Counted from the stretch's first letter, positions 10,211 through 20,082 are shown. The stretch: 64,000 bases of DNA from Pseudomonadota bacterium (GCA_021811085.1 JAJZPQ010000003.1:43750-107749), one strand, 5' to 3'. Numbers and translations are program-made. The notes: generated by a model not told the origin, from the letters alone.

Positions 10211-11650
10211 TCAGGAGCGCCGGTTCTCGCCTACGCGCACGATTTTCATCGTATTCGTGCCGCCGGCCTTGCCTATGGGCTCGCCGATGGTGAGCACGAT
10301 CAGGTCGCCCTTGTCTACCAGGCCTGCGCGCAGCAGCACGTTCTCCGCCTCCTCCAGCAGCTCCTCGCGGTCGCTGCCGCCATAGTTCACCATCTGCGGA
10401 TAGGTGTCGCGCAGCAGCGCGCAGCGATAGCGCGTGGAGGTGCGCGTGGTCAGCGCGTAGATCGGCACGCCGCAGTTCAGGCGCGACATCCACAGCGCGG
10501 TCGAGCCCGATTCGGTCAGCGCGGCAATGGCCTTGACCTTCAGGTGGAAGGCGGTGAACAGCGCCGCCATCGCGATCGACTGGTCGACGCGGGTGAACAC
10601 GCGGTCGAGGAAATCCCGGTCGAGCGTGACCGGCGCCGAATTTTCCGCCTCGACGCAGATGCGGCTCATCGACGCCACGGTATCGACCGGATAGGCGCCG
10701 CTCGCGGTCTCGGCCGAGAGCATGACCGCGTCGGTGCCGTCGAGCACGGCGTTGGCGACATCGGACACCTCGGCGCGCGTGGGCACCGGGCTCGCGATCA
10801 TTGATTCCATCATTTGCGTCGCCGTGATGGTGAGCTTGTTGTGTTCGCGCGCCATCCGGATCATGCGCTTTTGCAGCGCCGGCACCGAGGCGTCGCCGAC
10901 TTCGACCGCGAGATCGCCGCGCGCCACCATGATGCCGTCGCAAGCCGACATGATGTCCTCCAGCGCCCCGGGCTCGACCGCTTCGGCGCGCTCGATCTTG
11001 GCGATCAGAAAAGCTTCGCCGCCGGCGGCGCGCAGCAGCTGGCGCGCCATGTACATGTCGGCGCTCGACTTGGGAAAAGACACGGCGAGAAAATCCACCT
11101 TGATCGCCGCCGCGGTGCGGATGTCCTCCATGTCCTTGCTCGTGAGCGCCGCCGCGGTCAGGCCGCCGCCGCGGCGATTGATGCCCTTGTTGTTCGACAG
11201 CACGCCGCCGTGGACCACGCGGCAATGCACTGCGTTGCCTGCGACCCGCTCCACTTCGAATTCGATGCGCCCGTCGTCGAGCAGCAGCACGTCGCCCGCG
11301 CTCACGTCGTGCGGCAGTTCCTTGTAATCCAGGCCGACGCGCCGCTCATCGCCGAGTTCGCAGTCGGCGTCGAGGATGAACGCATCGCCCGGCTTCAGCG
11401 TGACCTTGCCGTCCTTGAACTTGCCGACCCGGATTTTCGGGCCCTGCAGATCGCCCATGATGCCTACGGTGCGGCCGGTCTTGCGGCAGATCTCGCGCAC
11501 CAGCGCGGCGCGCTGCAGGTGATCCTCGTGCGTACCGTGGGAAAAATTCAGGCGCACCACGTCCACGCCCGCAACAAACATGCGCTCCAGAATTTCGGGG
11601 TCGCTCGATGCGGGACCGAGCGTCGCAACGATCTTGGTGCTGCGAATCAT
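10211..11650 (-). CDS. pyk: Pyruvate kinase
   Basis: '[11 protein letters not shown]', 'RLNFSHG', 'MVARGDL', 'VMLSAETA'. Confidence 0.96.
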   Translation of the reverse strand: MIRSTKIVATLGPASSDPEILERMFVAGVDVVRLNFSHGTHEDHLQRAALVREICRKTGRTVGIMGDLQGPKIRVGKFKDGKVTLKPGDAFILDADCELGDERRVGLDYKELPHDVSAGDVLLLDDGRIEFEVERVAGNAVHCRVVHGGVLSNNKGINRRGGGLTAAALTSKDMEDIRTAAAIKVDFLAVSFPKSSADMYMARQLLRAAGGEAFLIAKIERAEAVEPGALEDIMSACDGIMVARGDLAVEVGDASVPALQKRMIRMAREHNKLTITATQMMESMIASPVPTRAEVSDVANAVLDGTDAVMLSAETASGAYPVDTVASMSRICVEAENSAPVTLDRDFLDRVFTRVDQSIAMAALFTAFHLKVKAIAALTESGSTALWMSRLNCGVPIYALTTRTSTRYRCALLRDTYPQMVNYGGSDREELLEEAENVLLRAGLVDKGDLIVLTIGEPIGKAGGTNTMKIVRVGENRRS

Positions 11651-11773
11651 CTTGGAGAAGTCCTTTTTATTTTACGCGGGAGTGCGGCGCAAGCGTAAGT
11701 GCGCAATGAGTTTAGCACCCCCTGGTGACACTTTGTATCGCGCGGCTCCGGGCCGCGCGCAGCGCAAATCCGC

Positions 11774-12121
11774 CTATTTGCAGCGCAAGTTTGCGCTGGG
11801 CAGCGGCAGCGGCTGGCTGCAGTCGCGCTCGGCGATGGCGCGGTCCGCGGCGAGCGGCGGCGGCTTGCGCCCATCGGGGCCATAGCGCCAGCTCAGATAA
11901 TCGTCCTCGACGCCGGCGGCGAAGGCGCCGATGAACAGCAGGCTGAAATACGCGTTCGCATTGACTTCGGCGTGCATCGCCGCCGCACTGTAGGAGGTGC
12001 CCGGCGCCGGCGCGCTGGCGCGCAGCGGTGAACTACCGCTGCGCAGCCCGATAGTGGTGCCGGCGCAGGCGGCAAGCAGGGCGCAAGCGAGCAAGGCGGC
12101 GATCGCAGCTCTGGGTTTCAT
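11774..12121 (-). CDS. Hypothetical lipoprotein
   Basis: Signal peptide with lipobox LAAC; fills intergenic gap. Confidence 0.6.
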   Translation of the reverse strand: MKPRAAIAALLACALLAACAGTTIGLRSGSSPLRASAPAPGTSYSAAAMHAEVNANAYFSLLFIGAFAAGVEDDYLSWRYGPDGRKPPPLAADRAIAERDCSQPLPLPSANLRCK

Positions 12122-12197
12122 GCCTGGATTCTAGACCGCCGTAGCACAGGCGACAAACCGCGGCCGCACGCTATGCGCCAGCATGGCTGGTCGTGCA

Positions 12198-12236
12198 TGC
12201 CGCAACTTGGTGCAGCTGCACGCTTTGCTGCACCAA
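12198..12236. promoter_or_regulatory. Probable NtrC-type enhancer sites (one near-complete, one half)
   Basis: TGCCGC-N5-GGTGCA at 12198-12214 and TGCACCA at 12229-12235, 31 bp apart; consensus TGCACC-N5-GGTGCA. Confidence 0.5.
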
Positions 12237-12247
12237 CTACGACCGCT

Positions 12248-13282
12248 GGCGCGACGCCGGCGGCGATCGACTGCTGCCTCGCGGTCGCCGACGAAATGGA
12301 CGTGCAGGTGGCGATCCACACCGACACCTTGAACGAATCGGGTTTCGTCGAGGCTACGATCGCCGCATTCAAGGGCCGCACCATCCACACCTATCACACC
12401 GAGGGCGCAGGCGGCGGCCACGCGCCGGACATCATCTGCGTCTGCGGCGAGGCCAACCTGCTGCCCTCCTCCACCAACCCGACGCGGCCCTATACCGTGA
12501 ACACCATCGACGAGCATCTGGATATGCTCGTGGTGTGCCACCACCTCGATGCCGCGATCGCCGAGGACGTGGCCTTCGCTGAATCGCGCATTCGGCGCGA
12601 GACCATCGCTGCCGAGGACATCCTGCACGACCTCGGCGCATTCAGCATGCTGTCCTCGGACTCGCAGGCGAGGGGCCGCGTAGGCGAAGTGATCATCCGC
12701 ACCTGGCAGACCGCGCACAAAATGAAAGTGCAGCGCGGCGCGCTGGCCGGGGACGAATCGGGCAACGACAATTTCCGCGTGAAGCGCTACATCGCCAAGT
12801 ACACCATCAATCCGGCGCTCACCCATGGCATCGCGCATGTGGTCGGCTCGATCGAGCCGGGCAAGCTCGCCGACCTGGTGCTGTGGAAACCCGCGTTCTT
12901 CGGCGTCAAGCCGACGCTGATCCTCAAAAGCGGCATGATCGCTGCCGCGGCCATGGGCGATGCGAACGCGTCGATACCGACGCCGCAGCCGGTGCATTAC
13001 CGTCCCATGTTCGGCGCCTTCGGCGGCGCGCTCGCGACCTCGGTCACCTTCGTGTCGCAGGCCGCGCTGAAAAACCCCAAGATCGCCTCGCTGGGACTGA
13101 AGAAATCCCTGGTTACTGTGCGCAACACGCGCAAGCTCGGCAAGCAGAACATGATCCACAATCAATACATGCCGAAGATCGAAGTCGATCCGGAGACCTA
13201 CCAGGTCAAGGCCGACGGCAAGCTGCTCATGTGCGAGCCGCCGAAAGTGCTGCCGATGGCGCAGCGCTATTTCCTGTTTTAA
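12248..13282 (+). pseudogene. ureC: Urease alpha subunit, 5'-truncated
   Basis: Homology begins at 'GATPAAID', just after the lost KLHEDW motif; '[12 protein letters not shown]', '[10 protein letters not shown]' present; SSDSQAMG changed to SSDSQARG. Confidence 0.88.
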
Positions 13283-13314
13283 AAGCTCAGACAAGAATAA
13301 CGATGCCAAACAAT

Positions 13315-13397
13315 TGTCATCCCGAGCGCAGCGAGGGATCTGCTTTTGAAGTAACAAAACAGAAGCAGATTCCTCAGCCTTTGGCTTCGGAATGACA
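13315..13397. repeat. Palindromic intergenic repeat (REP/RPE-like)
   Basis: TGTCATCCCGAG…GATCTGCTTTTG / CAGAAGCAGATTC…TCGGAATGACA; related copy at 50527-50561. Confidence 0.65.
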
Positions 13398-13434
13398 GGT
13401 AGTCTTTATTGAACCGCTTCCAAGTGAATTTTAG

Positions 13435-13920
13435 ATGTCGACCTTGATCGGACGATGCGAACCCATTGAGCATCCCTACGGCGAGCTGCTGCTACCCTTC
13501 GATCTGCGCATCAGGAGCCGGCTGCGCACGCGCCTCGTCTCGGGCGAGGAAGCCGCACTCAGGACCGAACGCGGCGCGGTCCTGCGCGGCGGCGACTGCC
13601 TGATGAGCGAAGATGGACGGGTGGTGCGCGTTGCGGCCATCCCGGAGAACGTGATGCACATCGTCTGCGCCAACCCATTCGAACTCACTCGCGCCGCCTA
13701 CCACCTCGGCAACCGCCACGTGCCGGTGGAGATCGGCGACGCCTATCTGCGCATCGCCGCCGACCGCGTGCTCGGCGATATGCTGCTCGGGCTGGGTGCG
13801 AAAGTCGAGGCGCTGGAGGCGCCGTTCGAACCGGAATCCGGCGCCTACGGCGGCGGCCACGGGCATCATGACGAAGCCGGGCATGGCGGCACGATTCACC
13901 AGTATGAGAAGAAGGAATAG
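13435..13920 (+). CDS. ureE: Urease accessory metallochaperone UreE
   Basis: 'AYHLGNRH', 'PFEPESGAY', His-rich tail. Confidence 0.93.
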   Translation: MSTLIGRCEPIEHPYGELLLPFDLRIRSRLRTRLVSGEEAALRTERGAVLRGGDCLMSEDGRVVRVAAIPENVMHIVCANPFELTRAAYHLGNRHVPVEIGDAYLRIAADRVLGDMLLGLGAKVEALEAPFEPESGAYGGGHGHHDEAGHGGTIHQYEKKE

Positions 13921-13982
13921 GAAAATCTATCCGAGCACGAATCGTCGTGTGCGAGTGTCCGCCAACGCAGGTATCCAGCACT

Positions 13983-14834
13983 CTAAACTGGAACAAAGCG
14001 TGTAGCTGTCGAAATCTTGAGCTGAAGTGCTTGAATAATCTGTTCTAGGTCAACCCGTGCCTCGGCTTGAAGGCCAAGGCAAAGCCCGATACCGTCTGCG
14101 TCGGTACTCAGGCGGGAGTCCATCGCCAACTTGTAAGAGCGGTCGCCTTGTAAATCCATTCGGTAGGCGTGCACATGCATTGAGTCGCCAATACTGGCCG
14201 GGTTGCGCAGGTGGTCGAAGTTGAATTCTCGGCTCATGTAATTCAGCAACTTGTCTTGAACGACTAATACCAATTTTTTGTGAACGTGTTCAAAGGTCTG
14301 AATCTTGTGGTGCATCTGCACCAGAATTGTCTTAGCCGTCATTTTCCAGTTCATGCCAAAGGAAGTGTCCGACTTTTCCCCATTGTCGCGGCGGGGGACG
14401 CCCAACTTTTTCAGCAATCGTTGACGTTCAGGCCACACGGTACCCGTGGTGTCGAGCGTCTGAAGCTCAATGCCGACAAAATCCTTTACCTTGCCTGCCT
14501 TCACTGACACAAGGAAATAATCGACGCTGCCGCCGGGGACAGAAACCTCAGAAACGATGTGCAACTCGTTTCCGGGTTCGTGCGTGGTCAACAGGTGGAA
14601 GCAGTCTGTGAATATCTGTCGGCGTTCAATCAGTCGCGTCGGACAGATGATGATAGGTTCCGGGTTGCGTCCATAAAGTACGGCGCATGAACCAATCGCC
14701 GTGTTCGGGTCACTCTTGCGAATCTTGTAGCATTTCTTATTCAAGTATAGGCATTGTTGCTCTGAGACGATCTTCCGCCAGTTCACGCGAGACTTGGCCG
14801 CTGAGTGGCCAAATAGTTCAACTACCTTACTCAT
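13983..14834 (-). CDS. NotI-family restriction endonuclease
   Basis: 'VVELFG', four N-terminal Cys (C-x6-C…GSC…ICP), 'SVDYFLV…IELQTLDTTG' PD-(D/E)xQ core, 'GMNW'; ATGA overlap with MTase. Confidence 0.75.
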   Translation of the reverse strand: MSKVVELFGHSAAKSRVNWRKIVSEQQCLYLNKKCYKIRKSDPNTAIGSCAVLYGRNPEPIIICPTRLIERRQIFTDCFHLLTTHEPGNELHIVSEVSVPGGSVDYFLVSVKAGKVKDFVGIELQTLDTTGTVWPERQRLLKKLGVPRRDNGEKSDTSFGMNWKMTAKTILVQMHHKIQTFEHVHKKLVLVVQDKLLNYMSREFNFDHLRNPASIGDSMHVHAYRMDLQGDRSYKLAMDSRLSTDADGIGLCLGLQAEARVDLEQIIQALQLKISTATRFVPV

Positions 14835-15982
14835 AACAGCGATTCGCACCTTTCTTGGGTTAGTTCTAAGTAATGGCGCGAAATGTCGATCCCAACTGAT
14901 TTCCGGCCAAAGACACGGGCGGCAACAAGCGTTGTGCCCGTTCCGCAGAATGGGTCGAGCACCGTGCCATTATCTGGACAGGTTGCGAGCATGGGGATGC
15001 GGCAAAGGTCTACAGGGTAAGGTGCAAAGTGAGCTTTCCTGCGTTGTGTGTCTTCAGGGATGATGTCCCACACATCACAAGGCTTGCTGCCATTTGGGTG
15101 GTACTTAAGTACGTAAAAGCCCTTTTCGCGCAGTTCCTTCGCACGCCCTGACAGCTTTTCGCTGTCTGAGTGTGTGGTGCGTTGTTGCCCGCGTAAAATC
15201 ATTCTGAAATCTGACGTGTGGCCTGAACTTAGATCGGCCAGCATTCGCTCAAGAGCGGCAAAGGCCGCTGCCTTCTCGGCATCTGAGAGCGCTGTCGATA
15301 GCTCGATCTGCCGCTTGTATCGAACGCCCGACACGCCAGTAGCGGATACGATTGACCCATTAACGACTTTTGCCTCGCGCGGTTTGGAGCGAATGGCATC
15401 GGCATTGTAGTAATAGCCTTTGGCCTGCTTCACGAAGTGAAAGACGTTCTCATGTACATTGCCTAGGCGGTCTTTGCTGTTGTCCATGCCGCCTTTTAGC
15501 TTGTTCCATATCACGCTGTTGCGCAGAATCCAGCCCTGGTTATCGACCAACTCGAAGGCGACACGCCAAGGTATGCCGACTAAGCCTTTGCCGTTATAAC
15601 TGTCGCCAAGATTTAACCAGAAAGAACCTGCGGGTTTGAGCACGCGCTTCAGTTCGCCGAAAACAACGGCCAAGTGTCTTACGAAATCCCGATAATCTTC
15701 TTCCAAGCCGATCCCGCCGCTTTCGTACTCGCGTTTGCCCCAGTACGGCGGGGAAGTCATCGCGAAATCGATGGATTCATCCGGCAAGTCGTGCAATACG
15801 GTCGCCGCATCGCCGTTCAGCAACAATGGCTGGCATGTCGTTTCCGCTTGGTAATCTGTGAATGCGTCCAGGAAGTTTTCGCTGACGATACCGCCAGTAG
15901 CTATGGAATTACGTGGTGGTGGGGATGCCCCGACTACGGTCGATCTAGTAGCAGGCGTCTTGGTGTATTCCATATTTTCCAC
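14831..15982 (-). CDS. Beta-class DNA methyltransferase, probably N4-cytosine
   Basis: 'TSPPYW' motif IV before 'VLDPFCGTGTT' motif I; 'HFAPYP'; start uncertain. Confidence 0.88.
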   Translation of the reverse strand: MENMEYTKTPATRSTVVGASPPPRNSIATGGIVSENFLDAFTDYQAETTCQPLLLNGDAATVLHDLPDESIDFAMTSPPYWGKREYESGGIGLEEDYRDFVRHLAVVFGELKRVLKPAGSFWLNLGDSYNGKGLVGIPWRVAFELVDNQGWILRNSVIWNKLKGGMDNSKDRLGNVHENVFHFVKQAKGYYYNADAIRSKPREAKVVNGSIVSATGVSGVRYKRQIELSTALSDAEKAAAFAALERMLADLSSGHTSDFRMILRGQQRTTHSDSEKLSGRAKELREKGFYVLKYHPNGSKPCDVWDIIPEDTQRRKAHFAPYPVDLCRIPMLATCPDNGTVLDPFCGTGTTLVAARVFGRKSVGIDISRHYLELTQERCESLL

Positions 15983-16180
15983 TATCTGATTTTGGCTGGC
16001 TCACCAGGGCCACTCTGGTTACGCGTAGCTGGACGGTAGGCTAGCACAAATCCACAGGTAAGCCTCCCATGTCAATATTGCCGACTTCCGCAAAAACGCA
16101 CGAGGCGAACTTGGCACTAGAACTGCGACACTTCACGCAGCCGGAATTGCGAAAGCCAGGAAAAGCTGGATATACAAAGA

Positions 16181-17305
16181 TTAGTCAGCCTTCATCGCCA
16201 ACTTCGACAGCTTCGGTATCGCCTCGACAGCCAGATCGAAATACTTGCGGTCCCGCTCCACGCCCACGCTTGCGTAGCCGACAGCCTCGCAGGCAGCGAG
16301 CGTGGACCCGGAGCCCGCGAATGGGTCGAGCACGATGCCTTTGCCGAGCGGCAACACTCCACGAACCAGTTGCCGCAGGAATGCTTGCGGCTTGAGGCTC
16401 GGATGCTGTGCCAGGGCCCGCTCGGCGGCGCGCGTGGGCGCGGAGGCAATTACATCGCCGAATGGACGTTCCGCCGAAATCCGCCTGAATCCCCCGGCGC
16501 CCCATTTGCGCAAGTTGTCCTGCACGCGTCCGTCGATGGGCTTGCGAAATACCAGCCAAGGCTCCCACATGGATCTCGGCATGACGCTCACGTCCGAGAA
16601 CTCGACGTGCGCAGCCTTCGGCCGATCGCCGCCGCGCATCGTCATCACCAATCTGACGATTTCGCCACGCCGCTCCAGGCCCGCACGGGAAAGCGCGCTC
16701 GAAACAAGGTAGGAGAGCAGTGGATTGCTGGCAACAACAACGTTGGCACCAGGAACAAGAACCGGCAGCAGCCGTGTCGCCCAAGCCGTAAAAAACTGTT
16801 CGAGCGCGTCCAGGTCTGTCGGCTTCAGAACCGTGAACCTGGGCAGCGGCGCCCGCTTCGCCCCGTCGAACGATGGTGGGATCCTCCAAATACCCCCCCT
16901 TCCTGATCGGAGCTTCGCTTGTTCCAGGTCCGAATACTCGATAAGGCCATATGGAGGATCGGTCACCACTGCATGTAGCGAGTTCGCGGGCTGACGCTCG
17001 AGCCACGAAAGACAGTCGTCCCTGACCAAGGTCGCCTTCCCAAATTGAAAGGTGCGCGCCACGACCTTTGGGGTGGTCGGTGCAGGGGCATACGAGAATC
17101 CTTTGAGGACGTATTGAGCTCGATCCATACGCGCGAATAACGCGGGCGTATTGAGTTGCAAATACGATCTCACCGACGACGCGGGAACAGCTCCGATCAT
17201 GGAGGCGACTTGCTGGGTAATCTCGGACACCGACGCACCACGCGGGCGCGCTTCGAGCACTCGCACAATCGCGTCTCGTACTTCTCCCGGGCGTTTTCTT
17301 GTCAT
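16181..17305 (-). CDS. Beta-class DNA methyltransferase (DPPY, probably N6-adenine) with N-terminal winged-HTH-like domain
   Basis: 'VTDPPY', 'HPSLKP', 'VLDPFAGSGST'; about 70 aa N-terminal extension 'AIVRVLE…ASVSEI…SSVRSYL…YVL'. Confidence 0.85.
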   Translation of the reverse strand: MTRKRPGEVRDAIVRVLEARPRGASVSEITQQVASMIGAVPASSVRSYLQLNTPALFARMDRAQYVLKGFSYAPAPTTPKVVARTFQFGKATLVRDDCLSWLERQPANSLHAVVTDPPYGLIEYSDLEQAKLRSGRGGIWRIPPSFDGAKRAPLPRFTVLKPTDLDALEQFFTAWATRLLPVLVPGANVVVASNPLLSYLVSSALSRAGLERRGEIVRLVMTMRGGDRPKAAHVEFSDVSVMPRSMWEPWLVFRKPIDGRVQDNLRKWGAGGFRRISAERPFGDVIASAPTRAAERALAQHPSLKPQAFLRQLVRGVLPLGKGIVLDPFAGSGSTLAACEAVGYASVGVERDRKYFDLAVEAIPKLSKLAMKAD

Positions 17306-17330
17306 GACAGGGTGCGGCGAACAATGACGC

Positions 17331-17359
17331 ATACTAGCCGCTTGACGTCCAGACGTCAA
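17331..17359 (-). promoter_or_regulatory. Sigma70 promoter of wHTH-MTase overlapped by an 18-bp palindrome
   Basis: Minus strand TTGACG-17bp-TAGTAT; palindrome TTGACGTC-ca-GACGTCAA at 17342-17359. Confidence 0.75.
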
Positions 17360-17380
17360 TAGTGTTTGGCCTTCCAAGTA

Positions 17381-17400
17381 TAAAAAGCCGACGCCGGCTT
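17381..17400 (-). terminator. Probable terminator of LytTR operon
   Basis: AAGCCG-gcgt-CGGCTT-TTTA on minus strand at the stop codon. Confidence 0.5.
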
Positions 17401-18196
17401 ACATCTGCCGGAACTGGTCGGCGAACACGCGGCTGACGGCCAAGGTTTCCTTGCGCTGTCGGAGGCGCAGCGACAGGCGGCCCGTGTCATCGCGCACCGC
17501 GGCGGCGACCTCGGCCAGATTGACCACGGTGCTGCGGTGGATCTGACTGAACTGCCGCGGCGGCAGTTGCGCCAACAGTTCCTTCAGCGGCGTGCGGATC
17601 AGCAGCTCTGCCTCGCGCGTGACCACACTGGTGTATTTGTCGGCTGCCTGGAAGTAGCACACCTCCTCCACCGGAATCATGCGCACGGTGTTGCCCACGG
17701 CGGCGCGGATGGTCTTGAGTACGGCTACGCCTGAAGCTGCCGGCCCGCCCGAATCGGCGGCAGCCATCACAAGCTGCAATTTGGAAACCAGCTGCGCGAC
17801 CCCTTCTTTGGGCGCGGCCAGCTGCGCTTGCAGGCGCGCCACCGCTGTTGCCAGCCGCTCGGGCGCCAGCGGCTTGAGCAGATAATCGGCGGCGGCGAGT
17901 TCGAACGCTTTCAAGGCGTACTCGTCGTACGCGGTGACGAACACGATGCGCGGCACGGGCTCGCCCTCATTGAGCCGGTCGGCCAGTTCGGCCGCGACTT
18001 CCAGCCCACTGAGCCCGGGCATGCGGATGTCGAGGAAAACCACGTCGGGGCGCTCCGCTACGGCCAGCCGCAGCGCCTCGATGCCGTTGGGCGCAAGTGC
18101 GATGACCTGCAGTTCGGGCCAGGCGAGCGCGAGCGCGCTCTTCAGGCCCTCGGCGAGCAGCGGTTCGTCTTCGGCAATCAGCGCGCGCGGCTTCAT
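17399..18196 (-). CDS. LytTR-family response regulator (AlgR/LytR-like)
   Basis: REC 'IAEDE…FLDIRMPG…FVTAYD…DYLLKP' plus LytTR 'QIHRSTVVN'. Confidence 0.93.
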   Translation of the reverse strand: MKPRALIAEDEPLLAEGLKSALALAWPELQVIALAPNGIEALRLAVAERPDVVFLDIRMPGLSGLEVAAELADRLNEGEPVPRIVFVTAYDEYALKAFELAAADYLLKPLAPERLATAVARLQAQLAAPKEGVAQLVSKLQLVMAAADSGGPAASGVAVLKTIRAAVGNTVRMIPVEEVCYFQAADKYTSVVTREAELLIRTPLKELLAQLPPRQFSQIHRSTVVNLAEVAAAVRDDTGRLSLRLRQRKETLAVSRVFADQFRQM

Positions 18197-19194
18197 GTTT
18201 GCAGGGGCAGGCGCAGCGTGATGCGCGTCCCGCCGCCCTCGTTCGCGCCGATCTCGGCACCGGCGGCATCGCCGTAGACTGCGGCGAGGCGCTCCTTCAC
18301 GTGCACCAGGCCGACACCCGTGCCCGGCTCCGAGGCCGCGCCGAATCCCAGGCCGCCGTCCTCCACGACTAGAACCAGTTGCCGGCCCTCGGCGCCGGCT
18401 GCGACGCGCAGCCAGCCGCCGTCCATCTTGGGTTCCAGTCCGTGCTTGATCGCGTTCTCCACCAGCGGCTGCAGCAGCATCGGCGGCAGCTTCGCCGGCG
18501 CAAGCGCCTCGGGCAGGTCGAGCTTGTACGCCAGGCGCGGTCCCATGCGGATGGCGAGAATTTCGAGATAGCCGCGCAGCAGCGCGAATTCCTCGGCCAG
18601 GGTGCAATCGGCGTTGCGCGCGGAAGCGAGCGTCGCGCGCAGATAGCCATCGAGGTGGCCGAGCATCGCCTGCGCGCGCGGCGGGTCCAGCGCGATCAGC
18701 TCGTTCAGGTTGGCGAGCGTGTTGAACAGGAAGTGCGGCTCGATCTGCGCCTGGAGCAGCTTCAAGCGCGCCTCGGCTGCGGCACGCTCGCTTTGCGCCA
18801 GCCGCTCGCGCGTCCAGAAGAAAAACGTGCCGCTCAGACCGGCGCCCGCGGTGAGCGCGAGGAATCCCAGGATGGCGTTCATGCTCATTCTGCCCGGCCC
18901 CCAGGGATCGCCCAGCAGCACGCTGGCGATGAAGCTGCCGCCGAACCAGCCGATGGGGGCAGCCAGCAGCACCAGGCCCACGATCGGCAGCAGCGCCGCA
19001 TCGCCGCGCAGCCACAAGCGGCGCCGCGGCAGATCGATCGCGGCGTAGGTAAGCAGGCCGATGCACAGACTGTAGACCAGGTTGGTGCTGAAGCGCTCGC
19101 TGCCCCATGCCGCCAGCGCCGCCGCGATCAATACACATAGCGCCAGCGTTACGAGGACACCGCGCAGCACGTGGGATTGGGCGGAGAGAGGCAT
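18193..19194 (-). CDS. LytS/YehU-type sensor histidine kinase
   Basis: 4 TM segments, 'LQAQIEPHFLFNTL', 'LQPLVENAIKHG', 'GVGL'. Confidence 0.92.
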   Translation of the reverse strand: MPLSAQSHVLRGVLVTLALCVLIAAALAAWGSERFSTNLVYSLCIGLLTYAAIDLPRRRLWLRGDAALLPIVGLVLLAAPIGWFGGSFIASVLLGDPWGPGRMSMNAILGFLALTAGAGLSGTFFFWTRERLAQSERAAAEARLKLLQAQIEPHFLFNTLANLNELIALDPPRAQAMLGHLDGYLRATLASARNADCTLAEEFALLRGYLEILAIRMGPRLAYKLDLPEALAPAKLPPMLLQPLVENAIKHGLEPKMDGGWLRVAAGAEGRQLVLVVEDGGLGFGAASEPGTGVGLVHVKERLAAVYGDAAGAEIGANEGGGTRITLRLPLQT

Positions 19195-19209
19195 GGCGTA
19201 TTGTCGCTG

Positions 19210-19500
19210 TCAGTGTGCGCCGCGATTGCTCTGCGATTCGAGCTTGCGCAGCTCGTCGTCTACCATGCGCTTGCGCAGCCCCGAGCCGGATAAGTATACC
19301 GCAAGGCCATGCATGCCCAGGCCGATGGCCCAGCCTCCCAGAGGGAACGCGAACCACGAGAAACCCGGCGTAGTCCTCTGATTGATGACGAAGAGCAGCA
19401 CATTCACTGCGATGAACACCGTGAGATGCACGAGAAAGCCGAATTTCATGCCTGCGCGGCGGCGGGCGATACGCAGGCGTTTTTCGTTTTGCATGGCCAT
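19210..19500 (-). CDS. 2TM domain protein
   Basis: 'ARRRA…GF.VHL.VF..VN…W..FPL.GW.IGL..HGL.V' 2TM signature. Confidence 0.82.
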   Translation of the reverse strand: MAMQNEKRLRIARRRAGMKFGFLVHLTVFIAVNVLLFVINQRTTPGFSWFAFPLGGWAIGLGMHGLAVYLSGSGLRKRMVDDELRKLESQSNRGAH

Positions 19501-19505
19501 TCCTT

Positions 19506-20003
19506 TCAGTCGGCCCTGCGCTGCGACCACACCCGTAGCGCGCGCGCGAAAAACGTGCCGCTCAGCAGGCCCAGGCCGAAGCCCGCGCCGGCCGCAAAAC
19601 CTGCCGATTGTGCGAGCGCAGGCTGCATCGCTGCGCCCACTGCGAGCGCGTACCTGGAAAAGAACATGACCATCATCAACGCGAGGGGCAACCAGCTTCC
19701 CGGCACATGGAACGTGCCGCTCGCGGCCGACCAGCGTGCACCACCAGGTTGCTCGAACGCACGATTGGCGAGCAAGGCTGCGCCGATTCCCGCGACCCAG
19801 GCAGCGAAGCCTAGCGGCTGCGCACTGAAGCTGCCCCATAACTGGACCAGCGAAAACACGCCCAGCGCCAGGGGCAGCGCGGCCAGCCTCAGTGGGCTCA
19901 CCTCGCGCGACTTCGACTGCAAATAGCCCAGAGCGAGCAGACCGAAGAACAGCCCAAACACCCAGACCGGCGTACGCTGCAGGATCTGGAACAGTATCTG
20001 CAT
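19506..20003 (-). CDS. Multi-pass membrane protein (DUF6622-like)
   Basis: 'TPVWV', 'FHVPGSWLPL', 'SGTFFARA'; family assignment from recall. Confidence 0.7.
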   Translation of the reverse strand: MQILFQILQRTPVWVFGLFFGLLALGYLQSKSREVSPLRLAALPLALGVFSLVQLWGSFSAQPLGFAAWVAGIGAALLANRAFEQPGGARWSAASGTFHVPGSWLPLALMMVMFFSRYALAVGAAMQPALAQSAGFAAGAGFGLGLLSGTFFARALRVWSQRRAD

Positions 20004-20082
20004 TCTCCTTTCGACTTCCAAGATGTGATTTCGAACAGCGATGCCAGTTTCCGCCCCCGGTCCGGCCCAAGGCGAGCACGAT

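Noticed and set aside
12173-12247. In-frame ATG giving a 369-aa 'mini-urease'
   Set aside because: First 25 residues are non-homologous regulatory DNA, and essential Ni ligands are missing
17399-19357. 652-aa ORF suggesting an extended LytTR fusion
   Set aside because: Upstream part is an off-frame overlap of the kinase gene; the real start is the ATGA overlap at 18196
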